Part shown: positions 27,325 through 35,649 of the stretch, one piece after another | How positions within the stretch are numbered: position 1 is the stretch's first letter | How the letters are laid out: every line of letters starts with the position of its first letter | NCBI GenBank assembly: GCA_963702005.1 | Contig: OY969696.1 | Span: 2,656,001-2,720,000 of the forward strand | DNA: 64,000 nucleotides | DNA from: Candidatus Aminicenantes bacterium | GTDB lineage: Bacteria > Acidobacteriota > Aminicenantia > Aminicenantales > JAFGBC01 | Reading direction: 5' to 3' | Made by a program: the position numbers and the translations under genes | The notes under the pieces: generated by a model | Databases searched by the model: none | What the model saw: the letters and a program-made list of their open reading frames with translations, nothing else | What the model was told of the DNA's origin: nothing

Positions 27325-28408
27325 CAGGCGGCACTTTCAGGAGATCGACTGGACGCTGCTCGTCCTCCTGCTCTTGAACACGGGGCTGGGCGTCGCCGTC
27401 ATCTACAGCTCGTCCCACCAGGTCAGCAGCGCTTTTTTTCTGAGACAAGTCATCTTCGCGGCCTTCAGCTTGGTCATGCTTTTCGTCATCTTGTCCGTGG
27501 ACTACAAGACGCTCATGACCTTCGCGCTGCCCGTTTACGTTCTGATCGTCGCCATCCTGGCCGTCATGATCCCGTTCGCTCGGCTGACGGCGGGCACCAA
27601 GTCCTGGATCAAATTGCCGTACTTCCAGATTCAGCCGTCCAAGATCCTCAAGATCGTCCTGATTCTGGTCCTGGCCCAGCTGTTCGGGGCTACCAAAAAA
27701 ACCTTCGTGACCCGGACGGTTGCCTTGACGGGCGCCGCCTCTGTCTTCGTCCCCTTCGGGCTGGTCGCCATTCAGCCCGACCTGGCCACGGCCGTCTGCT
27801 ATCTCCCGATCCTGGCGGCCGCCCTGATTCTGGCCGGCTTGACCAAGAAAACGCTCGTCATCATTCTCATCGTCGCGATCCTCTTCAGCCTCGTGACCTG
27901 GAATCTAGCCCTCAAGGACTACCAGAAGAAGCGGATCATGACGCTTCTCTTTCCGGGTCATGATCCGCAGGGAGCGGGCTATCATGTCCTCCAATCCAAG
28001 ATCGCCATAGGCTCGGGCGGGCTTTTCGGCAAAGGCTACAGCAGGGGAAGTCAAAGCCAGCTTCGCTTCCTTCCCGCCCGCCATACCGATTTCGTCTTTT
28101 CCGTCATCGGCGAGGAATTCGGCTTTGCCGGGGTCCTGGTCGCGCTGATCCTCTATTACCTGTTCTTGGCGCGGCTGTTCAAATCGGTCGGACAGTCCCG
28201 GGACCGGGCCGGCGTTTATATCTCGTTCCTGGCCGCCTCCCTGATCGCCTTTCAATTCTTCATCAACATCCTCATGATCATCGGCATCCTGCCCATTGCG
28301 GGAATCCCCCTCCCGCTTCTGAGCTATGGAGGCTCGTCGTTGCTGGCCACCTTCCTGGCGGTGGGACTGATCCTCAACGTCAAGATGAGGCGTTTCGCCA
28401 ATGTCTGA
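27317..28408 (+). CDS. rodA: rod shape-determining SEDS glycosyltransferase RodA
   Basis: QPDL, AIGSGG, HTDFVFS and SYGGSS motifs; the usual QPSE reads QPSK. Confidence 0.94.
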   Translation: MIDRRHFQEIDWTLLVLLLLNTGLGVAVIYSSSHQVSSAFFLRQVIFAAFSLVMLFVILSVDYKTLMTFALPVYVLIVAILAVMIPFARLTAGTKSWIKLPYFQIQPSKILKIVLILVLAQLFGATKKTFVTRTVALTGAASVFVPFGLVAIQPDLATAVCYLPILAAALILAGLTKKTLVIILIVAILFSLVTWNLALKDYQKKRIMTLLFPGHDPQGAGYHVLQSKIAIGSGGLFGKGYSRGSQSQLRFLPARHTDFVFSVIGEEFGFAGVLVALILYYLFLARLFKSVGQSRDRAGVYISFLAASLIAFQFFINILMIIGILPIAGIPLPLLSYGGSSLLATFLAVGLILNVKMRRFANV

Positions 28409-30965
28409 CGGCCTGGACCGGGTCCTGCGCCGGGTCGAGAAGCCGGCTCGTTATACGGGAGGGGAATGGAACGCCCGCCGCAAGGACCCCCAGGCCGTCA
28501 AGGTCCGCGTCGCGCTCGCTTTTCCCGACGTCTATGAAGTCGGCATGTCCTATCTGGGACAGAAAATCCTCTACGCCATCCTCAACGAACGTCCCCATAT
28601 CCAAGCCGAGCGGGTCTTCGCGCCCTGGCCGGATTTCGAGTCCGAGTTGCGGACGCGCGGTCTCCCGCTCTTTTCGCTCGAGACGGCCACCCCCATCGGC
28701 CAGTTCGACATCGTGGGCTTCTCGCTGCTCTACGAGCTCAACGCCACCAACATTCTGACCATGCTCGAGTTGGGCCGGATCCCTCTCGACTCGGCGGAAA
28801 GGACAGGGGACGATCCCTTCATCATCGCCGGCGGTCCGTCCGCCTTCAATCCCGAGCCGGTCGCGGATCTCTTCGATCTCTTCCTGATCGGGGACGGCGA
28901 GGAAGCGTTCCCGGAGATCGTGGAGAGGCTGATCGAGCTCAAACGGACCGTCCGGGATAGAAGGCAGATTCTCGAGGACTTGGCGCGGATTCCGGGCGTT
29001 TACGTTCCGTCCCTGTACGAAACGTATCGGCCCGACGGCTCGAGCCTCCTGGCCGTGAAGGCGGGGCCGGGGGCGCCTCCGTTTATCACAAAAAGGATCG
29101 TTCCTTCCTTTCGAGATTCCTTTTTTCCGGAGGACATCGTCGTCCCCAATATTCAGGCCGTCTTCGACCGGGTTGCCGTCGAGGCGGCCCGCGGCTGTCC
29201 CCAAAAGTGCAGGTTCTGCCAGGCGACGACCCTCTATCATCCCTTCCGCGCCAAGAGCCCGACCTTCATTCTCAAGACGATGACCGGGAGCCTTCGCGCG
29301 ACCGGATACGAAGACGCTTCCTTGACGGCCCTCTCCTTGAGCGATTATCCCCATCTCGACGCCCTGGTCCGGAAGGCCATGGCCGAGCTTGAACCCGAGA
29401 AGGTCTCTCTCTCCCTGTCGTCGCTCAGGCCCAAGGGCGTCTCGGCCGACGTCGTCCAGAATATCCTCAAGGTCCGCAAGACCGGCCTGACCTTGGTTCC
29501 TGAAGCCGGGACCGAAAGGCTGCGCCGGGTCATCAATAAACATCTCGACGATGCCGATATCCTCGACGCGGCCCGGAGCGCTTTCCGTCACGGCTGGAGG
29601 CTCCTCAAGCTCTACTTCATGATCGGCCTGCCCACGGAGCGCGATGAAGATTTAGAAGCGATCGCGGACCTCGTCGAGGACATTATCGAGGCGGGCCGGG
29701 CGATCCTCAAGTCGCCGCCGCGTCTCAACCTCAGCGTCTCCTCCTTCATCCCCAAGCCGCATACGCCCTTCCAATGGCTGGCCATGGACAGACCGGAGTC
29801 GCTCCGCGAAAAGCAGGCGTTCCTCAAGGGCCGTCTGAAAAGATACCGTTTCGTGGATTTCAAGGACCATCCGGTCGAGAAAGCGCTCCTTGAGGCCGTC
29901 TTTGCGAGAGGGGACAGGCCCGTGGGCCGTCTGCTCAGGACGGCCTGGGAACGAGGCGCCCGCTTCGACAGCTGGAAAGACCGCTTCCAGGTTCGATTCT
30001 GGGATGAGGCCTTCGCGTTGAGCGGGCTCGACCGCGGGAATTATCTTGGAGCCTTGGCTCTCGACGCGCCATTGCCCTGGGATCATATCGATACCGGTGT
30101 CAAGAAAGACTTCCTGCGAGAGGAACTCAGGAAAGCCCTGGCCGAGGAGCGGACTCCATCCTGTTTGGAAAGGACTTGCGCCGAGTGCCGCGGATGCGGC
30201 TTGCCCGCTTTCCTGGACAGGTCCTCCGAGGAACCGGCGCCCGATCGAGGAGATCCTCTCCCTCGTATTGGCCGCGCCAGCGCCCAGCCGCTCCGCTACC
30301 GTCTCTTTTATTCCAAGACGGGCCGGGCGCGCCTGCTGTCCCATATCGATCTCATCAACGTCATCCAAAGGACGTTCCGGAGGGCGGGCCTTTCGGTTGC
30401 CATGACCGAGGGATTCCATCCCAAGATGATCGTCTCGTTTCTTCCCGCTCTGCCCTTAGGGATGGAGGCCAAAAGGGATTGTATGGATTTCAAGTCCCGC
30501 GCGGTTCTCTCCGCCGAAGACGCGCTCCGCCACCTCAATGCATCGGTTCCCGACGGCATCCGTTTCCTTGAGCTTCAGACTCTGGCCGAGGGGGAACCGC
30601 CTTTGTCCCGCGCGGTCCACTCCTTGGTCTATTCGCTGGACCTGGATCGGGCCGAAGCGGAGGAGGCCGTCCGGACTGCCTGCGCCGGCAAGGGGATCCC
30701 GGACGGCCCTCTTTCCCGGCGACTCTCGGCCCTTATCCCACGCTATCTCGATGACAAAGGGGAAGATTATGGCGTCCAGATTCGGCTCTCCGGTCCACCG
30801 GAACGCCTTATTCTGATCATCCGGCAAGGGCCCGGCAAGCCTCCCAGGCCCCAAGATATCGTCCTCGAGCTTCTCAATCTCGAGGACCAGGTCTATGACA
30901 TGGCCCGCGAGGAAATCCAATTCCGGCCTTCTTCGCCCCGACCCGCCCCAACCCGTCCAAATTGA
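28401..30965 (+). CDS. radical SAM protein (TIGR03960-type) fused to a DUF2344/TIGR03936-like domain
   Basis: KPARYTGGE, FPDVYEVGMS, CxxxCxxC (CPQKCRFC), LPWDHID, C-terminal LSHIDL and GFHPK; usual position after rodA. Confidence 0.88.
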   Translation: MSDGLDRVLRRVEKPARYTGGEWNARRKDPQAVKVRVALAFPDVYEVGMSYLGQKILYAILNERPHIQAERVFAPWPDFESELRTRGLPLFSLETATPIGQFDIVGFSLLYELNATNILTMLELGRIPLDSAERTGDDPFIIAGGPSAFNPEPVADLFDLFLIGDGEEAFPEIVERLIELKRTVRDRRQILEDLARIPGVYVPSLYETYRPDGSSLLAVKAGPGAPPFITKRIVPSFRDSFFPEDIVVPNIQAVFDRVAVEAARGCPQKCRFCQATTLYHPFRAKSPTFILKTMTGSLRATGYEDASLTALSLSDYPHLDALVRKAMAELEPEKVSLSLSSLRPKGVSADVVQNILKVRKTGLTLVPEAGTERLRRVINKHLDDADILDAARSAFRHGWRLLKLYFMIGLPTERDEDLEAIADLVEDIIEAGRAILKSPPRLNLSVSSFIPKPHTPFQWLAMDRPESLREKQAFLKGRLKRYRFVDFKDHPVEKALLEAVFARGDRPVGRLLRTAWERGARFDSWKDRFQVRFWDEAFALSGLDRGNYLGALALDAPLPWDHIDTGVKKDFLREELRKALAEERTPSCLERTCAECRGCGLPAFLDRSSEEPAPDRGDPLPRIGRASAQPLRYRLFYSKTGRARLLSHIDLINVIQRTFRRAGLSVAMTEGFHPKMIVSFLPALPLGMEAKRDCMDFKSRAVLSAEDALRHLNASVPDGIRFLELQTLAEGEPPLSRAVHSLVYSLDLDRAEAEEAVRTACAGKGIPDGPLSRRLSALIPRYLDDKGEDYGVQIRLSGPPERLILIIRQGPGKPPRPQDIVLELLNLEDQVYDMAREEIQFRPSSPRPAPTRPN

Positions 30966-30990
30966 CAGGGGAACCCGATTCGAGTATAAA
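30962..30990 (+). promoter_or_regulatory. sigma-70-type promoter for the acyl-CoA dehydrogenase gene
   Basis: TTGACA-17 nt-TATAAA; the -35 overlaps the upstream stop codon. Confidence 0.7.
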
Positions 30991-31037
30991 AGGGCAACGT
31001 CTCGGCAGGCGGCCGAGCCCGACAAGTGGAGGAGATT

Positions 31038-32195
31038 ATGATCGATTTTAGTCTATCCGAAGAACAGCTGGCTCTTCGGGACATGGCCCGTGCCTTTGCC
31101 GAAAAAGAGATGAGACCCAAGGCGGCCAAGTACGATCAGGGCCATGAGACGCCGACCGACGTCTTCCAGAAAGCGTTCGAGGCCGGCTTCATGACCTGCA
31201 ATATCCCCGCCGAGTACGGCGGGGGAGAGCTGGGCAACGTCGATACGGTCGTCGTCAGCGAAGAATTAGCGGCCGGCTGCGCCGGTATGTACACGACGAT
31301 CATGGCCAACTCGCTCGCCTTCACGCCGATCATTCTGTTTGGCTCACCCGAACAGAAGAAAAGGTTTTTAACGCCCGCCTCCCGTAAGATGACGTTCGCC
31401 TCCTTCTGTCTGACCGAACGGGAGGCCGGCTCGGACGCGGGCGGCCTCAAGACACGGGCCCTCAAGGACGGCTCCGACTACGTCATCAACGGGTCCAAGT
31501 GCTTCATCACCAACGGCGGGATCGCCGACCTCTACGTCGTCTTCTCCCTCACGGCTCCCGGCAAGGGCATGCGGGGAATCAGCGCCATCGTCGTCCCGCG
31601 CGAAACGCCCGGCGTTTCGGTCGGGAAGGTCGAGGACAAGATGGGTCATCGGGCCTCGAACACGGCCAAGGTTTTCTTTGACGACGTCCGGGTTCCCCGA
31701 TCGAACCTGCTGGGGCGGGAGGGCTTGGGATTCATGGTCGCCATGAAGACGCTCGACAACACCCGGGCCCCGGTCGGGGCGGCCGGAGTCGGGGTCGCGC
31801 GGGCGGCCCTCGACTATGCCGTCGAGTACGCCAAGAAACGGGTTCAGTTCGGGAAAGCGATCGCCCTTTTCCAGGCCAACCAGTTCAAAATCGCCCAGAT
31901 GGCGATGGAGATCAACGCGGCCCGGCATCTCGTCTGGCACGCGGCTTGGCTCCAAGACCAAAAAAAACCCTGCGGGAAAGAATCGGCCATGGCCAAGTGC
32001 TTCGCCACGGACGTGGCGATGCGGACGACGACCGAAGCCCTTCAGATCTACGGAGGCTACGGCTACATGAAAGACTATCCGATGGAGAAGCTCATGCGTG
32101 ACGCCAAGCTTCTTCAGATCTACGAGGGGACGAACGAGATCCAACGCCAGGTCATCGCCCATGAGGTCATCGGTCCCGTCCAGGACGCGAAGTAG
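31038..32195 (+). CDS. acyl-CoA dehydrogenase
   Basis: FCLTEREAGSD, INGSKCFITNG, RVQFGK, GGYGY and QIYEGTNEIQR motifs. Confidence 0.95.
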   Translation: MIDFSLSEEQLALRDMARAFAEKEMRPKAAKYDQGHETPTDVFQKAFEAGFMTCNIPAEYGGGELGNVDTVVVSEELAAGCAGMYTTIMANSLAFTPIILFGSPEQKKRFLTPASRKMTFASFCLTEREAGSDAGGLKTRALKDGSDYVINGSKCFITNGGIADLYVVFSLTAPGKGMRGISAIVVPRETPGVSVGKVEDKMGHRASNTAKVFFDDVRVPRSNLLGREGLGFMVAMKTLDNTRAPVGAAGVGVARAALDYAVEYAKKRVQFGKAIALFQANQFKIAQMAMEINAARHLVWHAAWLQDQKKPCGKESAMAKCFATDVAMRTTTEALQIYGGYGYMKDYPMEKLMRDAKLLQIYEGTNEIQRQVIAHEVIGPVQDAK

Positions 32196-32207
32196 TATCT
32201 TGGGATC

Positions 32208-32696
32208 TTAACGGCGGAGGATGGCCAGGAGGTCTTGTTCGACCGTCCGCTCCGGCGTTTCCACGATCCGGCCCTTTTCGACCCCGTTGACCAGGACGAT
32301 AAAGGTCGGGAGCTTGGCGATGTTCTTTCCCGCGATGTAGGGCTCGCGCGCCTTAAGCTCCTTGGGGACGCCGACGTAAGAGGCTTGGATTTGGGGGGAA
32401 TCGATGAGATTCAGAACTTGGAAGAAGGCCGCGACATGGGCTTTGCTGTCCGAGCACCAGGTCCCAAGATAAACCTCGACCTGGACGAAATCCGGGAAGG
32501 CTTTCAATTCGTCGAGGGCGCCGGATTGGGGAGCATAGCCGACCATCCGGTCCCGCCAATCGGGGAGGGCCTGGAGGATTTCCTCCTGAGTCAACGGGCC
32601 GACCATTTCAACCCGGCCTTCTTGGCGATAGCCGGCTGCCCAAACGCATGAAATGACGATCGCCCCTAGGAAGCAAACGGAGAGAGCGGCACGCAT
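32208..32696 (-). CDS. exported thioredoxin-fold protein (CxxS type)
   Basis: Signal-like N-terminus; GTWCSDS and cis-Pro loop LPTFIV...EKGRIVE. Confidence 0.75.
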   Translation of the reverse strand: MRAALSVCFLGAIVISCVWAAGYRQEGRVEMVGPLTQEEILQALPDWRDRMVGYAPQSGALDELKAFPDFVQVEVYLGTWCSDSKAHVAAFFQVLNLIDSPQIQASYVGVPKELKAREPYIAGKNIAKLPTFIVLVNGVEKGRIVETPERTVEQDLLAILRR

Positions 32697-32726
32697 AAGG
32701 CCGGTCTCCAATGCGGAGATCGGCCG

Positions 32727-33116
32727 CTATTCTTCCGCGATGTATTCGGGTATGATCCCCAGCGTTTCGATGCCCGCGCCCCTGGCGATGTCGATGACCT
32801 CCATGATCTTTCTGAAGGGGAGTTTGGCTTCGGCGCGAATGAAGATCGTCTTGTCCTGGCGGGGAGCGTAGATCTGGCGGAGCTGTTCCTGGAGGGCCCG
32901 CAGCTCGACGATCTGCTGGTTGATCATAACCGCGTTGTCTTTCTTGACGGTCAGGACGATGAGTCCGGAAGGCATGCCGCCCGATGTGTCCTGGGTCGTA
33001 TCGGGCAATTTAACGTCGACCCCCTTTTGAACGAGGGGGGTAATGACCATGAAGATGATCAGAAGGACGAGAAGGACGTCGCAGAGGGGAACGACGTTGG
33101 GTTCGGCTTTGGACAT
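32727..33116 (-). CDS. exbD: biopolymer transporter ExbD/TolR
   Basis: NVVPLCDVLLVLLIIFMV TM helix with conserved Asp; IFIRAE motif. Confidence 0.9.
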   Translation of the reverse strand: MSKAEPNVVPLCDVLLVLLIIFMVITPLVQKGVDVKLPDTTQDTSGGMPSGLIVLTVKKDNAVMINQQIVELRALQEQLRQIYAPRQDKTIFIRAEAKLPFRKIMEVIDIARGAGIETLGIIPEYIAEE

Positions 33117-33155
33117 ATTCGCCTCCTCAATATTGGACTACGTCCATAGGGAGCT

Positions 33156-33184
33156 ATTCTAGGCAATGGGGACGGATTTGTCAA
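33156..33184 (-). promoter_or_regulatory. sigma-70-type promoter for exbD
   Basis: Minus strand TTGACA-17 nt-TAGAAT, overlapping the end of the upstream glycosyltransferase. Confidence 0.65.
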
Positions 33185-34250
33185 CGTGTTTTTTCCCCGC
33201 CCTATCCCCGAGGACGAGCTTGCCGACGGTCGTCTCCCAGGTCATTCCCGACATGAAGGCGTATCCGTTCCGGCCCATCCGCTCGGCCAGCGCCTTGTCC
33301 TCGGCCAATACGTCGAGCTTCGCCGCGATCATCTCGGCACGCGGGGAGACCACGAAGCCGGACCGGCCGTCTTCGACGAGTTCAACCGGACCGCCGCTGT
33401 CCGTCGCGGTCAGGACCGCTTTGCGGGAGGCGAACGCTTCGGCCGTTACTAGTCCGTAGTCCTCGTGAAGGGGACAGAAAAAAACCGCCCGGCATCGCGC
33501 GTAGCGGTCGAGGATGATCTCTTCGTCGGTCTCGCCGAGAAGCACGACCCGGCCTTCCAGGTTCATGGCCTTGATGAGGCCGGCCAGGTTCGTCCTCTCC
33601 GGACCGTCGCCGATGATGACCGCTTTCAGCGATTTGTTCTGGACAAGAGCCATGGCCTCGACGAGGAGGCTGATCCGCTTGAGACTCTGAAGGCGGGAGA
33701 CTGTAAAAATGAAACTCCCGTAGCTCTCGGTCCGATACGCCCTCTGGGGGGGAGGGGGGTAGAGGACCTCGGACCGGATCCGTCCCCAGCGTTCGAGGCG
33801 GGCCTGGATGGTTTTTGATTGGGCGTAGAGTTTCGTCACCCGGTGCTTGAGGAGATGGCTATCGATGAGATGAATAAGCGCCCGGCGGGCCGTCTCTTTG
33901 ATCCGGCCCTTCCAGCCGAGTTGGCCGTAGAGGTTCTTCCAGAGGTCGTAGTATTCCCGCATCCGGTGGTTGAGCCAGCAGACGTGGACGGGATGCTTGA
34001 CGGCGTAGCTCGGGAAACGGAAGGAGATGACTTGATCGATCGGGCGGCCCAGCCCGTCCATCCCGACGTCCGTGAAACGAGTCGCCGCGTAGGCCCGGAG
34101 CTGGCGGCCGAAGCGGTTCTGCGGGGTCAGGATGAGATCCGCCTCGTATCCCGCTTCCCGAAGGGCCCGGACCGTGGCCCGGGCGATGACCAAATGTCCA
34201 CCCTCGACGAAGGGAACATCCGAGGTTATGACCGCGATGCGCTTCGCCAT
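33159..34250 (-). CDS. GT4-family glycosyltransferase
   Basis: Start MAKRIAVI; LKRI, GDGPE, EDYGLVTAEA (Ex7E) and DSGGPVE motifs. Confidence 0.9.
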   Translation of the reverse strand: MAKRIAVITSDVPFVEGGHLVIARATVRALREAGYEADLILTPQNRFGRQLRAYAATRFTDVGMDGLGRPIDQVISFRFPSYAVKHPVHVCWLNHRMREYYDLWKNLYGQLGWKGRIKETARRALIHLIDSHLLKHRVTKLYAQSKTIQARLERWGRIRSEVLYPPPPQRAYRTESYGSFIFTVSRLQSLKRISLLVEAMALVQNKSLKAVIIGDGPERTNLAGLIKAMNLEGRVVLLGETDEEIILDRYARCRAVFFCPLHEDYGLVTAEAFASRKAVLTATDSGGPVELVEDGRSGFVVSPRAEMIAAKLDVLAEDKALAERMGRNGYAFMSGMTWETTVGKLVLGDRAGKKHVDKSVPIA

Positions 34251-34305
34251 GGCTCTCTTCGCTCCTCCGCCGTCGGCCCGACCCGGAAAGATTCCGGGGC
34301 CTTGA

Positions 34306-34701
34306 TTAGCGCAGGGTCTCCAGGGCCCGCTTATTGTTGTCGGTGTGGAACACCAGGAGAGTCTGGCCGGTTCCCCCCGAGGATCCGTAAGCATAGAGAA
34401 TGTTGATGATGGCGTTGCCGAGCAAAGCGCCGATCTCGGCCCCGACGCCGATCCGGTCGGTGACGACGACCGTAACGACTCTGTTCAGCGTGACCTTGTA
34501 GCGGAGGGACTTGAGAGCGGTCTGGGCCTTCCGGTAGTTGTCGGTGATGAGGAGGAAATGCCCCCGGGCGCCCTCGGAGGAGACGCAAAGGGCCCTGACG
34601 TTGACGCCGGCGTTGGCCATGGTCCCCAGGACACGCCCCAGGATACCGGGATCGTTGGGAACGACGACATGAAGCTCTCTATCCTCTTTGACTGCGTACA
34701 C
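34306..34701 (-). CDS. tandem ACT-domain protein
   Basis: GTG start after GGAGG; NDPGILGRVLGTMANAGVNV and DRIGVGAEIGALLGNAIINI repeats. Confidence 0.75.
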   Translation of the reverse strand: MYAVKEDRELHVVVPNDPGILGRVLGTMANAGVNVRALCVSSEGARGHFLLITDNYRKAQTALKSLRYKVTLNRVVTVVVTDRIGVGAEIGALLGNAIINILYAYGSSGGTGQTLLVFHTDNNKRALETLR

Positions 34702-34831
34702 GGTCAAGCCTCCTTGTTCACAGGCGAGTATTATATCAAATCGCCCGGCGCGCACAAGAGCGGTTGCTGGTTGAAAATGGGGAGAACGACCGCCTATAAT
34801 AGACAATCGCATCGACCCAGGAGGCACCGCC

Positions 34832-35536
34832 ATGACGCAGCCCGTCAAGCTCGCCGTGATCGACAATTCGATCGACCCTTCCGCTTACACGCCCTGCGCC
34901 CATTGGCGGGAATTTCTGACCGTCCCCTTCGATTCCTTCCGGGCCGTCGAGGGCCGGCTTCCCGACCTTAAAGACGGCTACACGCACCTCATCCTGACCG
35001 GGTCCGAAGCGTCCATCCTGGAACGCGATCACTGGGTCCTGGATGAAGCCGAACTCGCCGATGCCGCCCAGCGAAAAGGACTTTGTCTTCTGGGAAGCTG
35101 CTGGGGACACCAGCTCCTGGCCTTCGCCCTGGCCGGCCCCGCCAGCGTCGGACGATGCCGGGAGCCCGAAATCGGCTGGATCGAGGTCCGGATTTTGAGG
35201 GAGAGCTCGATTCTGGGATCGCCCGGGACGGCCTGGACCTTCTCATCCCACTTCGATGAGGTCGCTGCCCTCCCGTCGACTTTCCGGGTCCTGGCCGCGA
35301 CGCAGTCCTGTCCCATCCAAGCGTTTGCGCTGACCGGCCGGCCGGTTTGGGGTCTTCAGATCCATCCCGAAATCTCGATCGAGCGGGGCCGGGAGCTTCT
35401 CCGGGTTTTTGCCGATCGAAGCCCCGCCCGGCGCCCGCTTTTCGACGCCGGCCTCCGGGAGGAGCCCCGCGATTCGGGATTGATCCGGCGGATCACGGCC
35501 GCTTTCTTGGCTGCCACGCCCCAACCTCCGGCCTGA
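34832..35536 (+). CDS. class I glutamine amidotransferase-like protein
   Basis: ILTGS, nucleophile GSCWGHQ and QIHPE triad; upstream TTGAAA-18 nt-TATAAT at 34771-34800. Confidence 0.88.
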   Translation: MTQPVKLAVIDNSIDPSAYTPCAHWREFLTVPFDSFRAVEGRLPDLKDGYTHLILTGSEASILERDHWVLDEAELADAAQRKGLCLLGSCWGHQLLAFALAGPASVGRCREPEIGWIEVRILRESSILGSPGTAWTFSSHFDEVAALPSTFRVLAATQSCPIQAFALTGRPVWGLQIHPEISIERGRELLRVFADRSPARRPLFDAGLREEPRDSGLIRRITAAFLAATPQPPA

Positions 35537-35555
35537 CTTTTATCGAGAAAAATGC

Positions 35556-35584
35556 TTGAAAATGCTTTTTTTATATTTTATAAT
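35556..35584 (+). promoter_or_regulatory. sigma-70-type promoter for the PKD-domain gene
   Basis: TTGAAA-17 nt-TATAAT in an AT-rich region. Confidence 0.7.
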
Positions 35585-35595
35585 AAACTTACTTT

Positions 35596-35619
35596 TCTGA
35601 GATCAAGTCTGAGATCAAG
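35596..35619. repeat. perfect 12-bp tandem direct repeat
   Basis: TCTGAGATCAAG twice, just downstream of the -10 box. Confidence 0.85.
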
Positions 35620-35649
35620 ATTTTGGAAACGACGAAGAAGGAGGTTTCT

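Noticed and set aside
33134-33146. TGGACTACGTCCA mini-palindrome resembling the core of repeat module B
   Set aside because: Only about 11 nt match and the flanking module sequence is absent; could be chance.
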